A stretch of DNA of 62,518 nt, the filler included, from Nemertoderma westbladi (Eukaryota; Animalia; Xenacoelomorpha): the NCBI GenBank assembly GCA_032718475.1. It is 3 parts of 3 records of this genome, joined end to end, with 100 filler letters (N's around TTAATTAATTAA, not from the genome) between each part and the next. Parts side by side here need not be neighbours in the genome. Positions count along the whole stretch, not along the records: positions 1 to 31,207 come from JAUCBJ010003238.1; positions 31,308 to 52,921 come from JAUCBJ010003787.1; 1 more part is not named here. The stretch is one strand, 5' to 3'. Position 1 is the first letter of the stretch. Each line of letters starts with the position of its first letter. Below, one piece after another: positions 22,014 to 34,965 of this stretch. Under the pieces are notes generated by a model. That model did not search any database and was not told where the DNA came from. It saw only the letters and a program-made list of their open reading frames with translations. Both the position numbers and the translations under genes were made by a program.

Positions 22014-24584
22014 ATGAATATAAAAGTGGACAAAATAAGTTGTAGTCTATGTTTCGTCGTGTTTCTAAACTTCGCTGTCATAGTAACTGGGAATACAATA
22101 AAAACGGGATCCGATGGGGAACCTATATTTGATCCAATCCCGGATCTAATGCCGTCATACAAATTGACCGATGAAACACTGAAGTCTGACTTTGGCTCGA
22201 TGACCCCTTACTATGATATGGTAAATCTATTGATTTCGATTTCCATAAAGGAACTCCCAACGAAGTCGGTAATGGAAGAACTGGTCGCCCCGCTAAACAA
22301 TGGTGGTAGTATTGAAACCGGCAAGATTTTTCCTTTAGTTCAGTCCAACGTTTTATCATTCATGGGATACCTCATAGGAGTCACTATTGGCTTTCTGATT
22401 CTAGTTTTTTGGTTTCCAATCTGCGGTGCATTTTGTTGTTGTAGGTGTTGCGGTAATTGTGGCGGAGGTTTGAAGCAAAGCAATTCAAGTTTCATATTGT
22501 GTTTTGTGTTCTCTTTGATTACATTAAGTCTAATAGTTGTCACTTTAGCTGGTGCCGCACTTGCCTACCAGAATAATGCATATCTGACCAAAGAAGTCCC
22601 CCACACTATGATAAGAATCCTTGTAGACGATGTGCCTTCCGACATGTTGAGTTACATAGCCAATATTATTGACGAACTCAACTGGCTGTTGGACACTCAA
22701 TTCAAGGATTTCATAAATTGGTTTAAAGGTAAACTGGATGATGCAGGTGTGCGTGTAAGTGTCCCCATACTATCATCAGTTACCACGATAAGTGATCACA
22801 TCAACACCTATACTGTCGCGGCGAACTCGCTTCAAACAAAATTTGATGATTTTTTGACGAAATACTCGGATTACATGACTACATACAATGAAGCTCTTGC
22901 AAAAATTAAAGAAGAAAAAGATAAGATAGATGGATTCACTTGTTGTGATGCTTTAAAGGCAGATACAAACGAACCATACAAGAGTCTTGCAGCGATGACT
23001 GCCGTCAGTCCCATATCTATAACATCTGTAACTTCAGTTACCATGCCGGCAGTGCCAACTTTTGATTCGATTTCGGCCACTTTCGGGCAAGATATTAGTG
23101 ATTCGATAGCCTCAGGCGTGTCAGGTGTCAAAAGTGTCTTGGATGATATTACAATTGGAGATTCACTTGATAGTGTCAAATCAACGATGAATGATTTAAA
23201 TTCGACATTTGATATCTTTGAGTCATTGTCCTCAGTAGGGGATACAATAAAAGTAATAGACCCATACCGCAACTACCTTGGTATTGGTCTTTTCTGTATA
23301 GGAGCTATTGTTCCAACTTTAACTTTAGTTGGATTTATTTTAGGCATTTTTGGCTACCGCAGCATTAAACCCACGAAACGAACCGAGTTGAGTAATTGTG
23401 GTGGTTGTTTTATGATGCCAATCGCGATAATATTCGGAGTGATTACAGTCTGGTTGCTTATGTTCCTGACTGTGATCATGTTCACGATAATGGTTCCGCT
23501 ATCAGCAATCTGCACCGACCTGGAATCTGGAAAAATTATTGAAGATATCTTTGGTGGGGATCCCCCTGCCTTCACTGATCCGACAGCCAGCATTATCCCC
23601 GGCGGTGAAGGCATTGTTGGCTTGATAAATAGTTGCCAAAAAAATGAAGGCATTTACAAGGCAATGACTTTGGGATCTTTGGATGCGTTGAAATCAATTG
23701 AATCACAGCTCAATGTTGAAGATATGATTGCCAACTCTCAGGGTGGATTCGATTCAGCCAAGCAAGAGTTGGTCGATTTCTTGGCTGGCTTGCCACCTGT
23801 TTACGGTGACACAGGAGATACCTATGATTATCTTCAGACAATAGAAACAGGCACCTCACCACTTTACCTCAACAATGCGGTGAAAGAAGTTATTCAAAAC
23901 ACATTGAACTACGGAGAATGCATCGACTTGGGCACTCACCATGATCCAGCCACTGAATGTAATTCCATGGGCGATGGGATAGAGTTTGCTGATGGCGCCG
24001 CTCCCGCAGCAACTATTGTAGGAAAACTTCTGGAGTTCACTGCTGGTGGTTCTCACGCAGAGAAAGATGCTGAAGTTGATCCTATTTATAGCAGTATGTT
24101 GAATATCGCAACCGTCGAAGGTGCGACTGTTAAAAGTAAGAAGGACATCGCCAATGATGCTTACAATGCATATGTAAGTGAATCAACATCCTTCATAACT
24201 GCTACCGGAGCTTTCAAAACATCATTGGATGATGAAGGCACCAACATTAAGAACCAATGCCTGAGCACTACAGCATGCCCGTTGTTCGGAGAAATTGAAG
24301 ATTCCTTTAAGAAATATTTTAGTGATTACGTTGGGCATCTTTTGACAAATAGCGATTCTGCGATAAAGATGCAGCTTGGGAAGTGTTTACCAATATGGAA
24401 TGTGTACAGAGGTGTAGGCAGGGCGGTCTGTTCCGGTACACTAACAACCATCAATGGAATGTGGTTTGCAACCGGTTGGATGGCTGTATCTACTATTGTT
24501 GCTATGGTTTTCATCATTATAACGTCGAAACATTATAGAAGGATGAAGAACGATTCTGTTGGCTATGATGACCCAGTTGCCTAG
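22014..24584 (+). CDS. PROM: Prominin (CD133)-family pentaspan membrane protein, single coding exon
   Basis: 856 aa with signal peptide, five hydrophobic segments and two large loops. Motifs FCCCRCCGNCGG, PTKRTELSNCGG and LGKCLPIWNVY...C...INGMWF are present. Acceptor TTTTTTTGCAG ending at 21917 indicates a 5'UTR intron. Confidence 0.92.
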   Translation: MNIKVDKISCSLCFVVFLNFAVIVTGNTIKTGSDGEPIFDPIPDLMPSYKLTDETLKSDFGSMTPYYDMVNLLISISIKELPTKSVMEELVAPLNNGGSIETGKIFPLVQSNVLSFMGYLIGVTIGFLILVFWFPICGAFCCCRCCGNCGGGLKQSNSSFILCFVFSLITLSLIVVTLAGAALAYQNNAYLTKEVPHTMIRILVDDVPSDMLSYIANIIDELNWLLDTQFKDFINWFKGKLDDAGVRVSVPILSSVTTISDHINTYTVAANSLQTKFDDFLTKYSDYMTTYNEALAKIKEEKDKIDGFTCCDALKADTNEPYKSLAAMTAVSPISITSVTSVTMPAVPTFDSISATFGQDISDSIASGVSGVKSVLDDITIGDSLDSVKSTMNDLNSTFDIFESLSSVGDTIKVIDPYRNYLGIGLFCIGAIVPTLTLVGFILGIFGYRSIKPTKRTELSNCGGCFMMPIAIIFGVITVWLLMFLTVIMFTIMVPLSAICTDLESGKIIEDIFGGDPPAFTDPTASIIPGGEGIVGLINSCQKNEGIYKAMTLGSLDALKSIESQLNVEDMIANSQGGFDSAKQELVDFLAGLPPVYGDTGDTYDYLQTIETGTSPLYLNNAVKEVIQNTLNYGECIDLGTHHDPATECNSMGDGIEFADGAAPAATIVGKLLEFTAGGSHAEKDAEVDPIYSSMLNIATVEGATVKSKKDIANDAYNAYVSESTSFITATGAFKTSLDDEGTNIKNQCLSTTACPLFGEIEDSFKKYFSDYVGHLLTNSDSAIKMQLGKCLPIWNVYRGVGRAVCSGTLTTINGMWFATGWMAVSTIVAMVFIIITSKHYRRMKNDSVGYDDPVA

Positions 24585-26136
24585 TAACTAAACAATACAG
24601 GTTGTAGCTTTATTTGATACCGAATGACTAAGTAAGATGATATCGGAGTGTTTCAGCTGATAATGTCAGATAAAATCAGATTCAGAAGTTCTTTCAATTG
24701 CGAATGATGCCGTTTATGGGTGATTCTGTTTTGAAATTGGACATCTGTTTCACACTAACACCACTTTTATAGAATTTTAAGACAAACATTCATTCACCAC
24801 AACAACTATATTTCACACTAATATCATCATCGTTACAATCAATCACATTATCTTGTAAGGGCTATAGTGTTAGATGTAATGTTGTTTGCTGGATATTCTA
24901 TACCATTAATAATTTTGTGCCTGTATAAATATTACTTCAACTATTATTTCTCCATAATATAATCTTATTTTATTTATTGATACTTCCAAATAAACTAAGC
25001 CTTAAAAGTGTTTTTTCAAATTATTAATACTGCGCAATACTGAATATTTAATTAATAATCAATTAAGCGAAATATGCACATTAGCACAATATAAACTGGG
25101 GTGAAACTAGAATAGCAACGGAGAGTTTATTTGGTGTGCACAGGAACATGGGACTTGAGTATTGGGATAGCGACAGATTGTCACTCGGGTATGGTATCCC
25201 TTTGAGGCCATCAATTTTAGAATAAAGAAATCCGTAAGTAAAATTACATAAAAAATATATAAACAATAAATTAATATAAATAAATAAAAAATGAAATAAA
25301 ATATCAAATTAATTAATAAAAAAAAAAATTATACATATGAATGAATGAATTAATTAAATAATATAAATATAAAAATATTTACTAAATTACTAAAATATTT
25401 GTTACATATTTTTTTTATATATTTTTAATTTATTTGTATTAATTTATTTATTTTTATACATTTATCGATTTATTTATTTCTTTACTATAATATTGATGGC
25501 CTCAATAGCTAAGTATCTACTGTAATGAGTGCGTGACGGAGTGGGTTTAGTGCTGAGGTCCAAGACCTGTCGGTGATTGCGGGCGTGGTGGGTGGTCCAG
25601 AATTCCAATACCGTGTTCTCGATATTATTATATACTATATATATACAGAATTCTCAATATACCATGTTTTTTCTCTCAGGAAGTCGGCGGGTGTAGACGT
25701 TAGGTTTAGAGAGTCGACAATGTAATCACGAGGTTAGTTGCTTCACAGAGTGCCACAACTAATCGATTTTTTACCGTTTTCTGGGCACCAATGACCCTAT
25801 TTTAATAATAATAATTATTAAAATAGGGTATTCTGTATATACAATTATATTCAAATCGATTAATACCTGTAATAAAAACTTGTTGAAATAAAACATGATA
25901 ACAATACAAATTTTCACAGCGGCGGGCTGACCGGATTCTAAGGTCTGGCAACTCCGTCCATAGCTTCTGGGCTCGAAAAATAGAGATCAACCCAAAAAAA
26001 AACGCCATAGACACAATGATAAAAACACCAGCTGGAGCTCATTACCCAATTGCTAACAATGTCCAATTTACCACATGACTCAGAGTCCCTAATTAATTTA
26101 GCCTTAAATCGATTGATGATTTAATAATTGTCCATT

Positions 26137-29100
26137 AAGTCAAATGGTCAACTATGTCTAACTAAGTCAACTAAGTCAACTAAGTCAACTAAGTCAACTA
26201 AGTCAAGTCAAGTCAAGTCAAGTCAAGTCAAGTCAAGTCAAGTCAAGTCAAGTCAAGTCAAGTCAAGTCAAGTCAAGTCAAGTCAAGTCAAGTCAAGTCA
26301 AGTCAAGTCAAGTCAAGTCAAGTCAAGTCAAGTCAAGTCAAGTCAAGTCAAGTCAAGTCAAGTCAAGTCAAGTCAAGTCAAGTCAAGTCAAGTCAAGTCA
26401 AGTCAAGTCAAGTCAAGTCAAGTCAAGTCAAGTCAAGTCAAGTCAAGTCAAGTCAAGTCAAGTCAAGTCAAGTCAAGTCAAGTCAAGTCAAGTCAAGTCA
26501 AGTCAAGTCAAGTCAAGTCAAGTCAAGTCAAGTCAAGTCAAGTCAAGTCAAGTCAAGTCAAGTCAAGTCAAGTCAAGTCAAGTCAAGTCAAGTCAAGTCA
26601 AGTCAAGTCAAGTCAAGTCAAGTCAAGTCAAGTCAAGTCAAGTCAAGTCAAGTCAAGTCAAGTCAAGTCAAGTCAAGTCAAGTCAAGTCAAGTCAAGTCA
26701 AGTCAAGTCAAGTCAAGTCAAGTCAAGTCAAGTCAAGTCAAGTCAAGTCAAGTCAAGTCAAGTCAAGTCAAGTCAAGTCAAGTCAAGTCAAGTCAAGTCA
26801 AGTCAAGTCAAGTCAAGTCAAGTCAAGTCAAGTCAAGTCAAGTCAAGTCAAGTCAAGTCAAGTCAAGTCAAGTCAAGTCAAGTCAAGTCAAGTCAAGTCA
26901 AGTCAAGTCAAGTCAAGTCAAGTCAAGTCAAGTCAAGTCAAGTCAAGTCAAGTCAAGTCAAGTCAAGTCAAGTCAAGTCAAGTCAAGTCAAGTCAAGTCA
27001 AGTCAAGTCAAGTCAAGTCAAGTCAAGTCAAGTCAAGTCAAGTCAAGTCAAGTCAAGTCAAGTCAAGTCAAGTCAAGTCAAGTCAAGTCAAGTCAAGTCA
27101 AGTCAAGTCAAGTCAAGTCAAGTCAAGTCAAGTCAAGTCAAGTCAAGTCAAGTCAAGTCAAGTCAAGTCAAGTCAAGTCAAGTCAAGTCAAGTCAAGTCA
27201 AGTCAAGTCAAGTCAAGTCAAGTCAAGTCAAGTCAAGTCAAGTCAAGTCAAGTCAAGTCAAGTCAAGTCAAGTCAAGTCAAGTCAAGTCAAGTCAAGTCA
27301 AGTCAAGTCAAGTCAAGTCAAGTCAAGTCAAGTCAAGTCAAGTCAAGTCAAGTCAAGTCAAGTCAAGTCAAGTCAAGTCAAGTCAAGTCAAGTCAAGTCA
27401 AGTCAAGTCAAGTCAAGTCAAGTCAAGTCAAGTCAAGTCAAGTCAAGTCAAGTCAAGTCAAGTCAAGTCAAGTCAAGTCAAGTCAAGTCAAGTCAAGTCA
27501 AGTCAAGTCAAGTCAAGTCAAGTCAAGTCAAGTCAAGTCAAGTCAAGTCAAGTCAAGTCAAGTCAAGTCAAGTCAAGTCAAGTCAAGTCAAGTCAAGTCA
27601 AGTCAAGTCAAGTCAAGTCAAGTCAAGTCAAGTCAAGTCAAGTCAAGTCAAGTCAAGTCAAGTCAAGTCAAGTCAAGTCAAGTCAAGTCAAGTCAAGTCA
27701 AGTCAAGTCAAGTCAAGTCAAGTCAAGTCAAGTCAAGTCAAGTCAAGTCAAGTCAAGTCAAGTCAAGTCAAGTCAAGTCAAGTCAAGTCAAGTCAAGTCA
27801 AGTCAAGTCAAGTCAAGTCAAGTCAAGTCAAGTCAAGTCAAGTCAAGTCAAGTCAAGTCAAGTCAAGTCAAGTCAAGTCAAGTCAAGTCAAGTCAAGTCA
27901 AGTCAAGTCAAGTCAAGTCAAGTCAAGTCAAGTCAAGTCAAGTCAAGTCAAGTCAAGTCAAGTCAAGTCAAGTCAAGTCAAGTCAAGTCAAGTCAAGTCA
28001 AGTCAAGTCAAGTCAAGTCAAGTCAAGTCAAGTCAAGTCAAGTCAAGTCAAGTCAAGTCAAGTCAAGTCAAGTCAAGTCAAGTCAAGTCAAGTCAAGTCA
28101 AGTCAAGTCAAGTCAAGTCAAGTCAAGTCAAGTCAAGTCAAGTCAAGTCAAGTCAAGTCAAGTCAAGTCAAGTCAAGTCAAGTCAAGTCAAGTCAAGTCA
28201 AGTCAAGTCAAGTCAAGTCAAGTCAAGTCAAGTCAAGTCAAGTCAAGTCAAGTCAAGTCAAGTCAAGTCAAGTCAAGTCAAGTCAAGTCAAGTCAAGTCA
28301 AGTCAAGTCAAGTCAAGTCAAGTCAAGTCAAGTCAAGTCAAGTCAAGTCAAGTCAAGTCAAGTCAAGTCAAGTCAAGTCAAGTCAAGTCAAGTCAAGTCA
28401 AGTCAAGTCAAGTCAAGTCAAGTCAAGTCAAGTCAAGTCAAGTCAAGTCAAGTCAAGTCAAGTCAAGTCAAGTCAAGTCAAGTCAAGTCAAGTCAAGTCA
28501 AGTCAAGTCAAGTCAAGTCAAGTCAAGTCAAGTCAAGTCAAGTCAAGTCAAGTCAAGTCAAGTCAAGTCAAGTCAAGTCAAGTCAAGTCAAGTCAAGTCA
28601 AGTCAAGTCAAGTCAAGTCAAGTCAAGTCAAGTCAAGTCAAGTCAAGTCAAGTCAAGTCAAGTCAAGTCAAGTCAAGTCAAGTCAAGTCAAGTCAAGTCA
28701 AGTCAAGTCAAGTCAAGTCAAGTCAAGTCAAGTCAAGTCAAGTCAAGTCAAGTCAAGTCAAGTCAAGTCAAGTCAAGTCAAGTCAAGTCAAGTCAAGTCA
28801 AGTCAAGTCAAGTCAAGTCAAGTCAAGTCAAGTCAAGTCAAGTCAAGTCAAGTCAAGTCAAGTCAAGTCAAGTCAAGTCAAGTCAAGTCAAGTCAAGTCA
28901 AGTCAAGTCAAGTCAAGTCAAGTCAAGTCAAGTCAAGTCAAGTCAAGTCAAGTCAAGTCAAGTCAAGTCAAGTCAAGTCAAGTCAAGTCAAGTCAAGTCA
29001 AGTCAAGTCAAGTCAAGTCAAGTCAAGTCAAGTCAAGTCAAGTCAAGTCAAGTCAAGTCAAGTCAAGTCAAGTCAAGTCAAGTCAAGTCAAGTCAAGTCA

Positions 29101-31207
29101 AGTCAAGTCAAGTCAAGTCAAGTCAAGTCAAGTCAAGTCAAGTCAAGTCAAGTCAAGTCAAGTCAAGTCAAGTCAAGTCAAGTCAAGTCAAGTCAAGTCA
29201 AGTCAAGTCAAGTCAAGTCAAGTCAAGTCAAGTCAAGTCAAGTCAAGTCAAGTCAAGTCAAGTCAAGTCAAGTCAAGTCAAGTCAAGTCAAGTCAAGTCA
29301 AGTCAAGTCAAGTCAAGTCAAGTCAAGTCAAGTCAAGTCAAGTCAAGTCAAGTCAAGTCAAGTCAAGTCAAGTCAAGTCAAGTCAAGTCAAGTCAAGTCA
29401 AGTCAAGTCAAGTCAAGTCAAGTCAAGTCAAGTCAAGTCAAGTCAAGTCAAGTCAAGTCAAGTCAAGTCAAGTCAAGTCAAGTCAAGTCAAGTCAAGTCA
29501 AGTCAAGTCAAGTCAAGTCAAGTCAAGTCAAGTCAAGTCAAGTCAAGTCAAGTCAAGTCAAGTCAAGTCAAGTCAAGTCAAGTCAAGTCAAGTCAAGTCA
29601 AGTCAAGTCAAGTCAAGTCAAGTCAAGTCAAGTCAAGTCAAGTCAAGTCAAGTCAAGTCAAGTCAAGTCAAGTCAAGTCAAGTCAAGTCAAGTCAAGTCA
29701 AGTCAAGTCAAGTCAAGTCAAGTCAAGTCAAGTCAAGTCAAGTCAAGTCAAGTCAAGTCAAGTCAAGTCAAGTCAAGTCAAGTCAAGTCAAGTCAAGTCA
29801 AGTCAAGTCAAGTCAAGTCAAGTCAAGTCAAGTCAAGTCAAGTCAAGTCAAGTCAAGTCAAGTCAAGTCAAGTCAAGTCAAGTCAAGTCAAGTCAAGTCA
29901 AGTCAAGTCAAGTCAAGTCAAGTCAAGTCAAGTCAAGTCAAGTCAAGTCAAGTCAAGTCAAGTCAAGTCAAGTCAAGTCAAGTCAAGTCAAGTCAAGTCA
30001 AGTCAAGTCAAGTCAAGTCAAGTCAAGTCAAGTCAAGTCAAGTCAAGTCAAGTCAAGTCAAGTCAAGTCAAGTCAAGTCAAGTCAAGTCAAGTCAAGTCA
30101 AGTCAAGTCAAGTCAAGTCAAGTCAAGTCAAGTCAAGTCAAGTCAAGTCAAGTCAAGTCAAGTCAAGTCAAGTCAAGTCAAGTCAAGTCAAGTCAAGTCA
30201 AGTCAAGTCAAGTCAAGTCAAGTCAAGTCAAGTCAAGTCAAGTCAAGTCAAGTCAAGTCAAGTCAAGTCAAGTCAAGTCAAGTCAAGTCAAGTCAAGTCA
30301 AGTCAAGTCAAGTCAAGTCAAGTCAAGTCAAGTCAAGTCAAGTCAAGTCAAGTCAAGTCAAGTCAAGTCAAGTCAAGTCAAGTCAAGTCAAGTCAAGTCA
30401 AGTCAAGTCAAGTCAAGTCAAGTCAAGTCAAGTCAAGTCAAGTCAAGTCAAGTCAAGTCAAGTCAAGTCAAGTCAAGTCAAGTCAAGTCAAGTCAAGTCA
30501 AGTCAAGTCAAGTCAAGTCAAGTCAAGTCAAGTCAAGTCAAGTCAAGTCAAGTCAAGTCAAGTCAAGTCAAGTCAAGTCAAGTCAAGTCAAGTCAAGTCA
30601 AGTCAAGTCAAGTCAAGTCAAGTCAAGTCAAGTCAAGTCAAGTCAAGTCAAGTCAAGTCAAGTCAAGTCAAGTCAAGTCAAGTCAAGTCAAGTCAAGTCA
30701 AGTCAAGTCAAGTCAAGTCAAGTCAAGTCAAGTCAAGTCAAGTCAAGTCAAGTCAAGTCAAGTCAAGTCAAGTCAAGTCAAGTCAAGTCAAGTCAAGTCA
30801 AGTCAAGTCAAGTCAAGTCAAGTCAAGTCAAGTCAAGTCAAGTCAAGTCAAGTCAAGTCAAGTCAAGTCAAGTCAAGTCAAGTCAAGTCAAGTCAAGTCA
30901 AGTCAAGTCAAGTCAAGTCAAGTCAAGTCAAGTCAAGTCAAGTCAAGTCAAGTCAAGTCAAGTCAAGTCAAGTCAAGTCAAGTCAAGTCAAGTCAAGTCA
31001 AGTCAAGTCAAGTCAAGTCAAGTCAAGTCAAGTCAAGTCAAGTCAAGTCAAGTCAAGTCAAGTCAAGTCAAGTCAAGTCAAGTCAAGTCAAGTCAAGTCA
31101 AGTCAAGTCAAGTCAAGTCAAGTCAAGTCAAGTCAAGTCAAGTCAAGTCAAGTCAAGTCAAGTCAAGTCAAGTCAAGTCAAGTCAAGTCAAGTCAAGTCA
31201 AGTCAAG
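26137..31207. repeat. ~5-kb perfect pentamer array (TCAAG/AGTCA)n running to the contig end
   Basis: No variants seen from ~26200 to 31207; preceded by several AAGTCAACT 9-mers. Confidence 0.99.
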
Positions 31208-31307
31208 NNNNNNNNNNNNNNNNNNNNNNNNNNNNNNNNNNNNNNNNNNNNTTAATTAATTAANNNNNNNNNNNNNNNNNNNNNNNNNNNNNNNNNNNNN
31301 NNNNNNN
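31208..31307. other. Artificial contig spacer
   Basis: N-run + TTAATTAATTAA (stops in all frames) + N-run, 100 nt. Confidence 0.97.
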
Positions 31308-32344
31308 ACGGTACCTTATGCTTATAATCAGTAAGTTAAGTTAGTCAGTTAGTATCTAGTTGAGAGGGGTTGTCTCTGAATTCTTCATTCGTGGTCTCTT
31401 CATTCATTCTCTGATATCCCAGTCTCAATTACTATCGGGATAGTCTACTGCTACTCTAATCCTGTCTGTGTGATTTACCTTAATTACCATCTGGATTCTG
31501 GGTGTAGTACTTAATTAAATTACTGGTAGTGCTCACTGGGTTGGGTATTACTGTGTAGTGCTGTGATTACTGTTGTCTGTCCGCGTCCAATACTCGTTGG
31601 TCTTTTATGGAAGTCCAACCTGCCAACTAGTCATCCTCCCTCGTTCTCCATAGAGACTTGCCAACTCCAAAACCAACTGATGGTGGGCCGTCGGGCACTT
31701 TGTGATAAGTAGACTAGGCAGCTAGGTAATAGGCAATCGTTTCGTTACTCTGTTACTCTTGTCCATCTGACCATTATGTTATAATTTAATATGCTATCAA
31801 CCATTCTACCATTCAGCCATTGCACCGATTACATCATTGTTAGGTTTAATACCTACCTGTCTACAGTAATCTTAATAAAACTACCGGTACCGTACTAAAT
31901 TTAGTGGACTAGGCCTACTGGAACTGCAACATGCCACTCATGCCAGGTCGTATTATAGTATCGTTAGGTCAGTAGATCATACCAGGTGCAGAGGTGCCAG
32001 GAACCAGGCAGCCAGGTGCCAGGTCTCAATAATTTTTTTACATTTTACTTAGGCCTACGCGGTCTGCCGTTCCGGCTCCGGTACTTTTGGAATTTTTTCC
32101 GGCACGGTTCCGCCTCCGGAAAAAATCTGTCTCCGGTCTAACGCTAACAGCAGAACAGACAAACAAAACTGCAAAACCTATTAAAGCATTTAGCTTTATA
32201 TTGAATTAGCTAGAACGTGCAGGTGTAAGTGAGAGTTTTTGTCGAAAGACTGAAAGATGTACTTTTTTTGTCCCAACAGCGGAACAGCCAAAATGATTGC
32301 TTGGCAGCTTGGTAGCTAAAACATATATTACGCTATTACAGTAT

Positions 32345-32564
32345 TACGTCTGTACGTTACGGTTTACGGAATAAATACTGCAGTAGGCCTACAGCAGTAC
32401 TGAAATTGTGAAATATACAGTAAAATTACTTTCAGGCGTTACGGTATTGAAAAAGCTACCGGTGGTATTGCGGTATTACGTTTACGGTTTACGGTACGTT
32501 ACGGAAAAATATTGAGCTACGGTATTCCTGAAAAGACTCCGTCAGTCCGTAACGTACTGACGTA
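32345..32564. mobile_element. MITE (~220 bp)
   Basis: TIR TACGTCTGTACGTTACGG ... CCGTAACGTACTGACGTA, with internal TACGG repeats. Confidence 0.6.
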
Positions 32565-32766
32565 GGCCTATCACCTAACGTAATAACATCCTTGCTTGGT
32601 CAGTTGGTAGGCAGGTAGGCCTACTAACTACAGTTAGTTACACCTGTACACACTGCCAATCCGAGAGTAGAACAGTAGAATAGAATACTGGAATAGCCTT
32701 CCCTCAGTCAGTCAGTCCTTGTTAGATCCAATTGCAATAGTCAGATAGCAGGATAACGAATCCACG

Positions 32767-33462
32767 ATGGTACCTTATCAACCAAAGACGTGTTCCACAA
32801 TTGGACTCAGTATCTACATTATCGTTAATATGTGTAACTCCATTGAATCCGTTGAGATTCCTCCACTAACTCCGACCCCAGAGTGGAACTGCAAGAACCT
32901 CCCGACCCTCAAACTCAACACCTCGTCCCCGGAACCACAACGCCTCCCGATTCTATCCCGGAAACCGCGCGCGTTCGGACGAACCTGCGTGGCGCGCATT
33001 GCTACAGACCCCGGCTACCGAGTGGAGACCCGATTCAAAGACATGCTCTCCCCCGACGATAAAGCCTGCTACGTTTGTAAATGCGGTAGTCTTGAAATCT
33101 ACGACGGTAACGGAGTTATGATCGGTAGTTTCTGCTACGGCTGGTTATCCTCCAGGATTATTTACTCATTCACCAACTCAATCAACGTGGTTTATAATTT
33201 AAACAACTCCAAGGAATTAGTTTATTTTCTGGTGCAGTATTCAAAGGTTCTCGTAGGTGCGCCCGGCTGCGGTGGTGTGTTTAACGGACGCCCCCTTCAG
33301 ACAGACACCAGTACTGGGTACATAAACTCACCCAAATTCCCCCGCAGTTATCCCACCTCCGAATGTATTTACGTTATTATCAATCCGGATCCCAATGGGG
33401 TCGTCCAACTTGTGTTTACTGACTTCCTATTGGCTACTTCTGACGTCTACTGTGTGGATAGG
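32767..33462 (+). CDS. CUB/LDLa type-I membrane receptor, coding exon 1 (divergent CUB plus start of CUB2)
   Basis: CGSLEIYDG and GCGGVF...GYINSPKFPRSYP..CIYVI CUB motifs; donor AGG|GTGGGT at 33463, phase 0. The start codon is uncertain. Confidence 0.85.
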
Positions 33463-33662
33463 GTGGGTATCATTTAACATTATTTGTGTATTTATATTTT
33501 ATAATAGGCCTATAATAATATTTTAAATAATTAAAATTTATACAAAAAATAATAGCATCAATTTAAATAATAATATATAATATTATATTCGTATGTTTTG
33601 GGACGTGGGTTAGCACAGCACACCTCAGCACTTTATATATACGGTACTGTTATATATTCATT

Positions 33663-34080
33663 TAGTGTTTAAACGGGATTTCTGAGAAAAATACAACCCA
33701 ATCCAGTGATTTCCTACTAATATTTCAGCAGCATGAAATATAGTGATTATAAAACAGGGACAACCTCATGAAAACATCATGATTGTCCACAACCAGGGAC
33801 TGGGTCGAAATCGAATCGAACGATTTTCACTGGGTCGAAATCGAATCGAAAGCTATTTTTCCAGAAATCGAATCGAATCGAATAATATATGGGAAATCGA
33901 AGACGAATATTTGCTTTCGATTCGATTCGATGCCAGTCCCTGTCCAGTCCCTGTCCAGTCCCTGTCCAGTCCCAGTCCCTGTCCAGTCCCTGTCCACAAC
34001 CATTTCATACATCCACTAAAACTTTTAGAAAATTCAGTTCAAAATTGCAATCCCGGAAATCCGTGCCCGTTTAAACACTA
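33663..34080. mobile_element. hAT-like MITE in intron 1
   Basis: TIR TAGTGTTTAAACGGG...CCCGTTTAAACACTA; internal AATCG and GTCCCTGTCCA repeats; flanks share ATTCAT (imperfect TSD). Confidence 0.7.
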
Positions 34081-34965
34081 ATTCATATAACATTCGGTGT
34101 CTCGTCAAGTATAGTGGCTCTGCCGTTTGTCGTTCAGGGTCTAATTATAGCACGGTTGTCACCAATCTAACAAAAATGATTAGATTAAAAAAAGACGATT
34201 CATTAAAACCATCAATAGCCAGAAAGGTAATGTAATTTTAAAATGTTGATTTAAATTTACCTTTTAAAATTTAAATAAATTTTATAAATAAATACAGAAA
34301 ATGAGCATAATATGCCACAAAGATCAGAAGATCGGGAGATTAAAAATTTTAATTAATTTAACTTTTGCCATAAAATAATTTACACATTGTATTTTGCATT
34401 CGTATGGAATATAGAAGGTAGAACTGCATTCCATATATTATACCGGTACTCAACTCATATCTAGTATTTATCTTGGAATTTTATAAAGATCAACGCAGTT
34501 CTAAAACGTAGCACTTTTTTTCGTTCTGTTGTGTTTAACGTTCGGGGTTCGGGCGGAGAGAGTGTTCTGAATTTGACATTGTTTTTTCAATGAAACTAAA
34601 ATTGTTCAATCTGAAAACATATGAAAATCCCATTTGATATATTTTAAGGCATATCCATATTCCATATATTATATTTTGTAAAGCACTAGCTATCGGTAGT
34701 TGAAAGGACTATATGCCAAAATAATATAGATACGATCGATACATCTACAGAGTTGTCCTTGTTATGTTATTAATTAATTAATTAATTGGGGGATTTTATT
34801 GTAAATTATAGTCGAAAGTGCAAAAACAATGGAGTGGCAACAAGTTTAAATTATGTTGAATTGAACCTCCGCCAGTTTTTCTATAAATATATAAAAAATG
34901 ATGAAAATATATTTAATTCCTTTTCTTTGGTATTTTTTCAATTGTTACCGGTATATATTTTTTAG

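Noticed and set aside
26128-31263. 1711-aa (VKSSQ)n ORF
   Set aside because: Translation of a stop-free pentamer repeat running into Ns; no ATG and no coding evidence.
31252-31263. TTAATTAATTAA within N-runs (also ~52966)
   Set aside because: Artificial linker; adjacency across it is not biological evidence.
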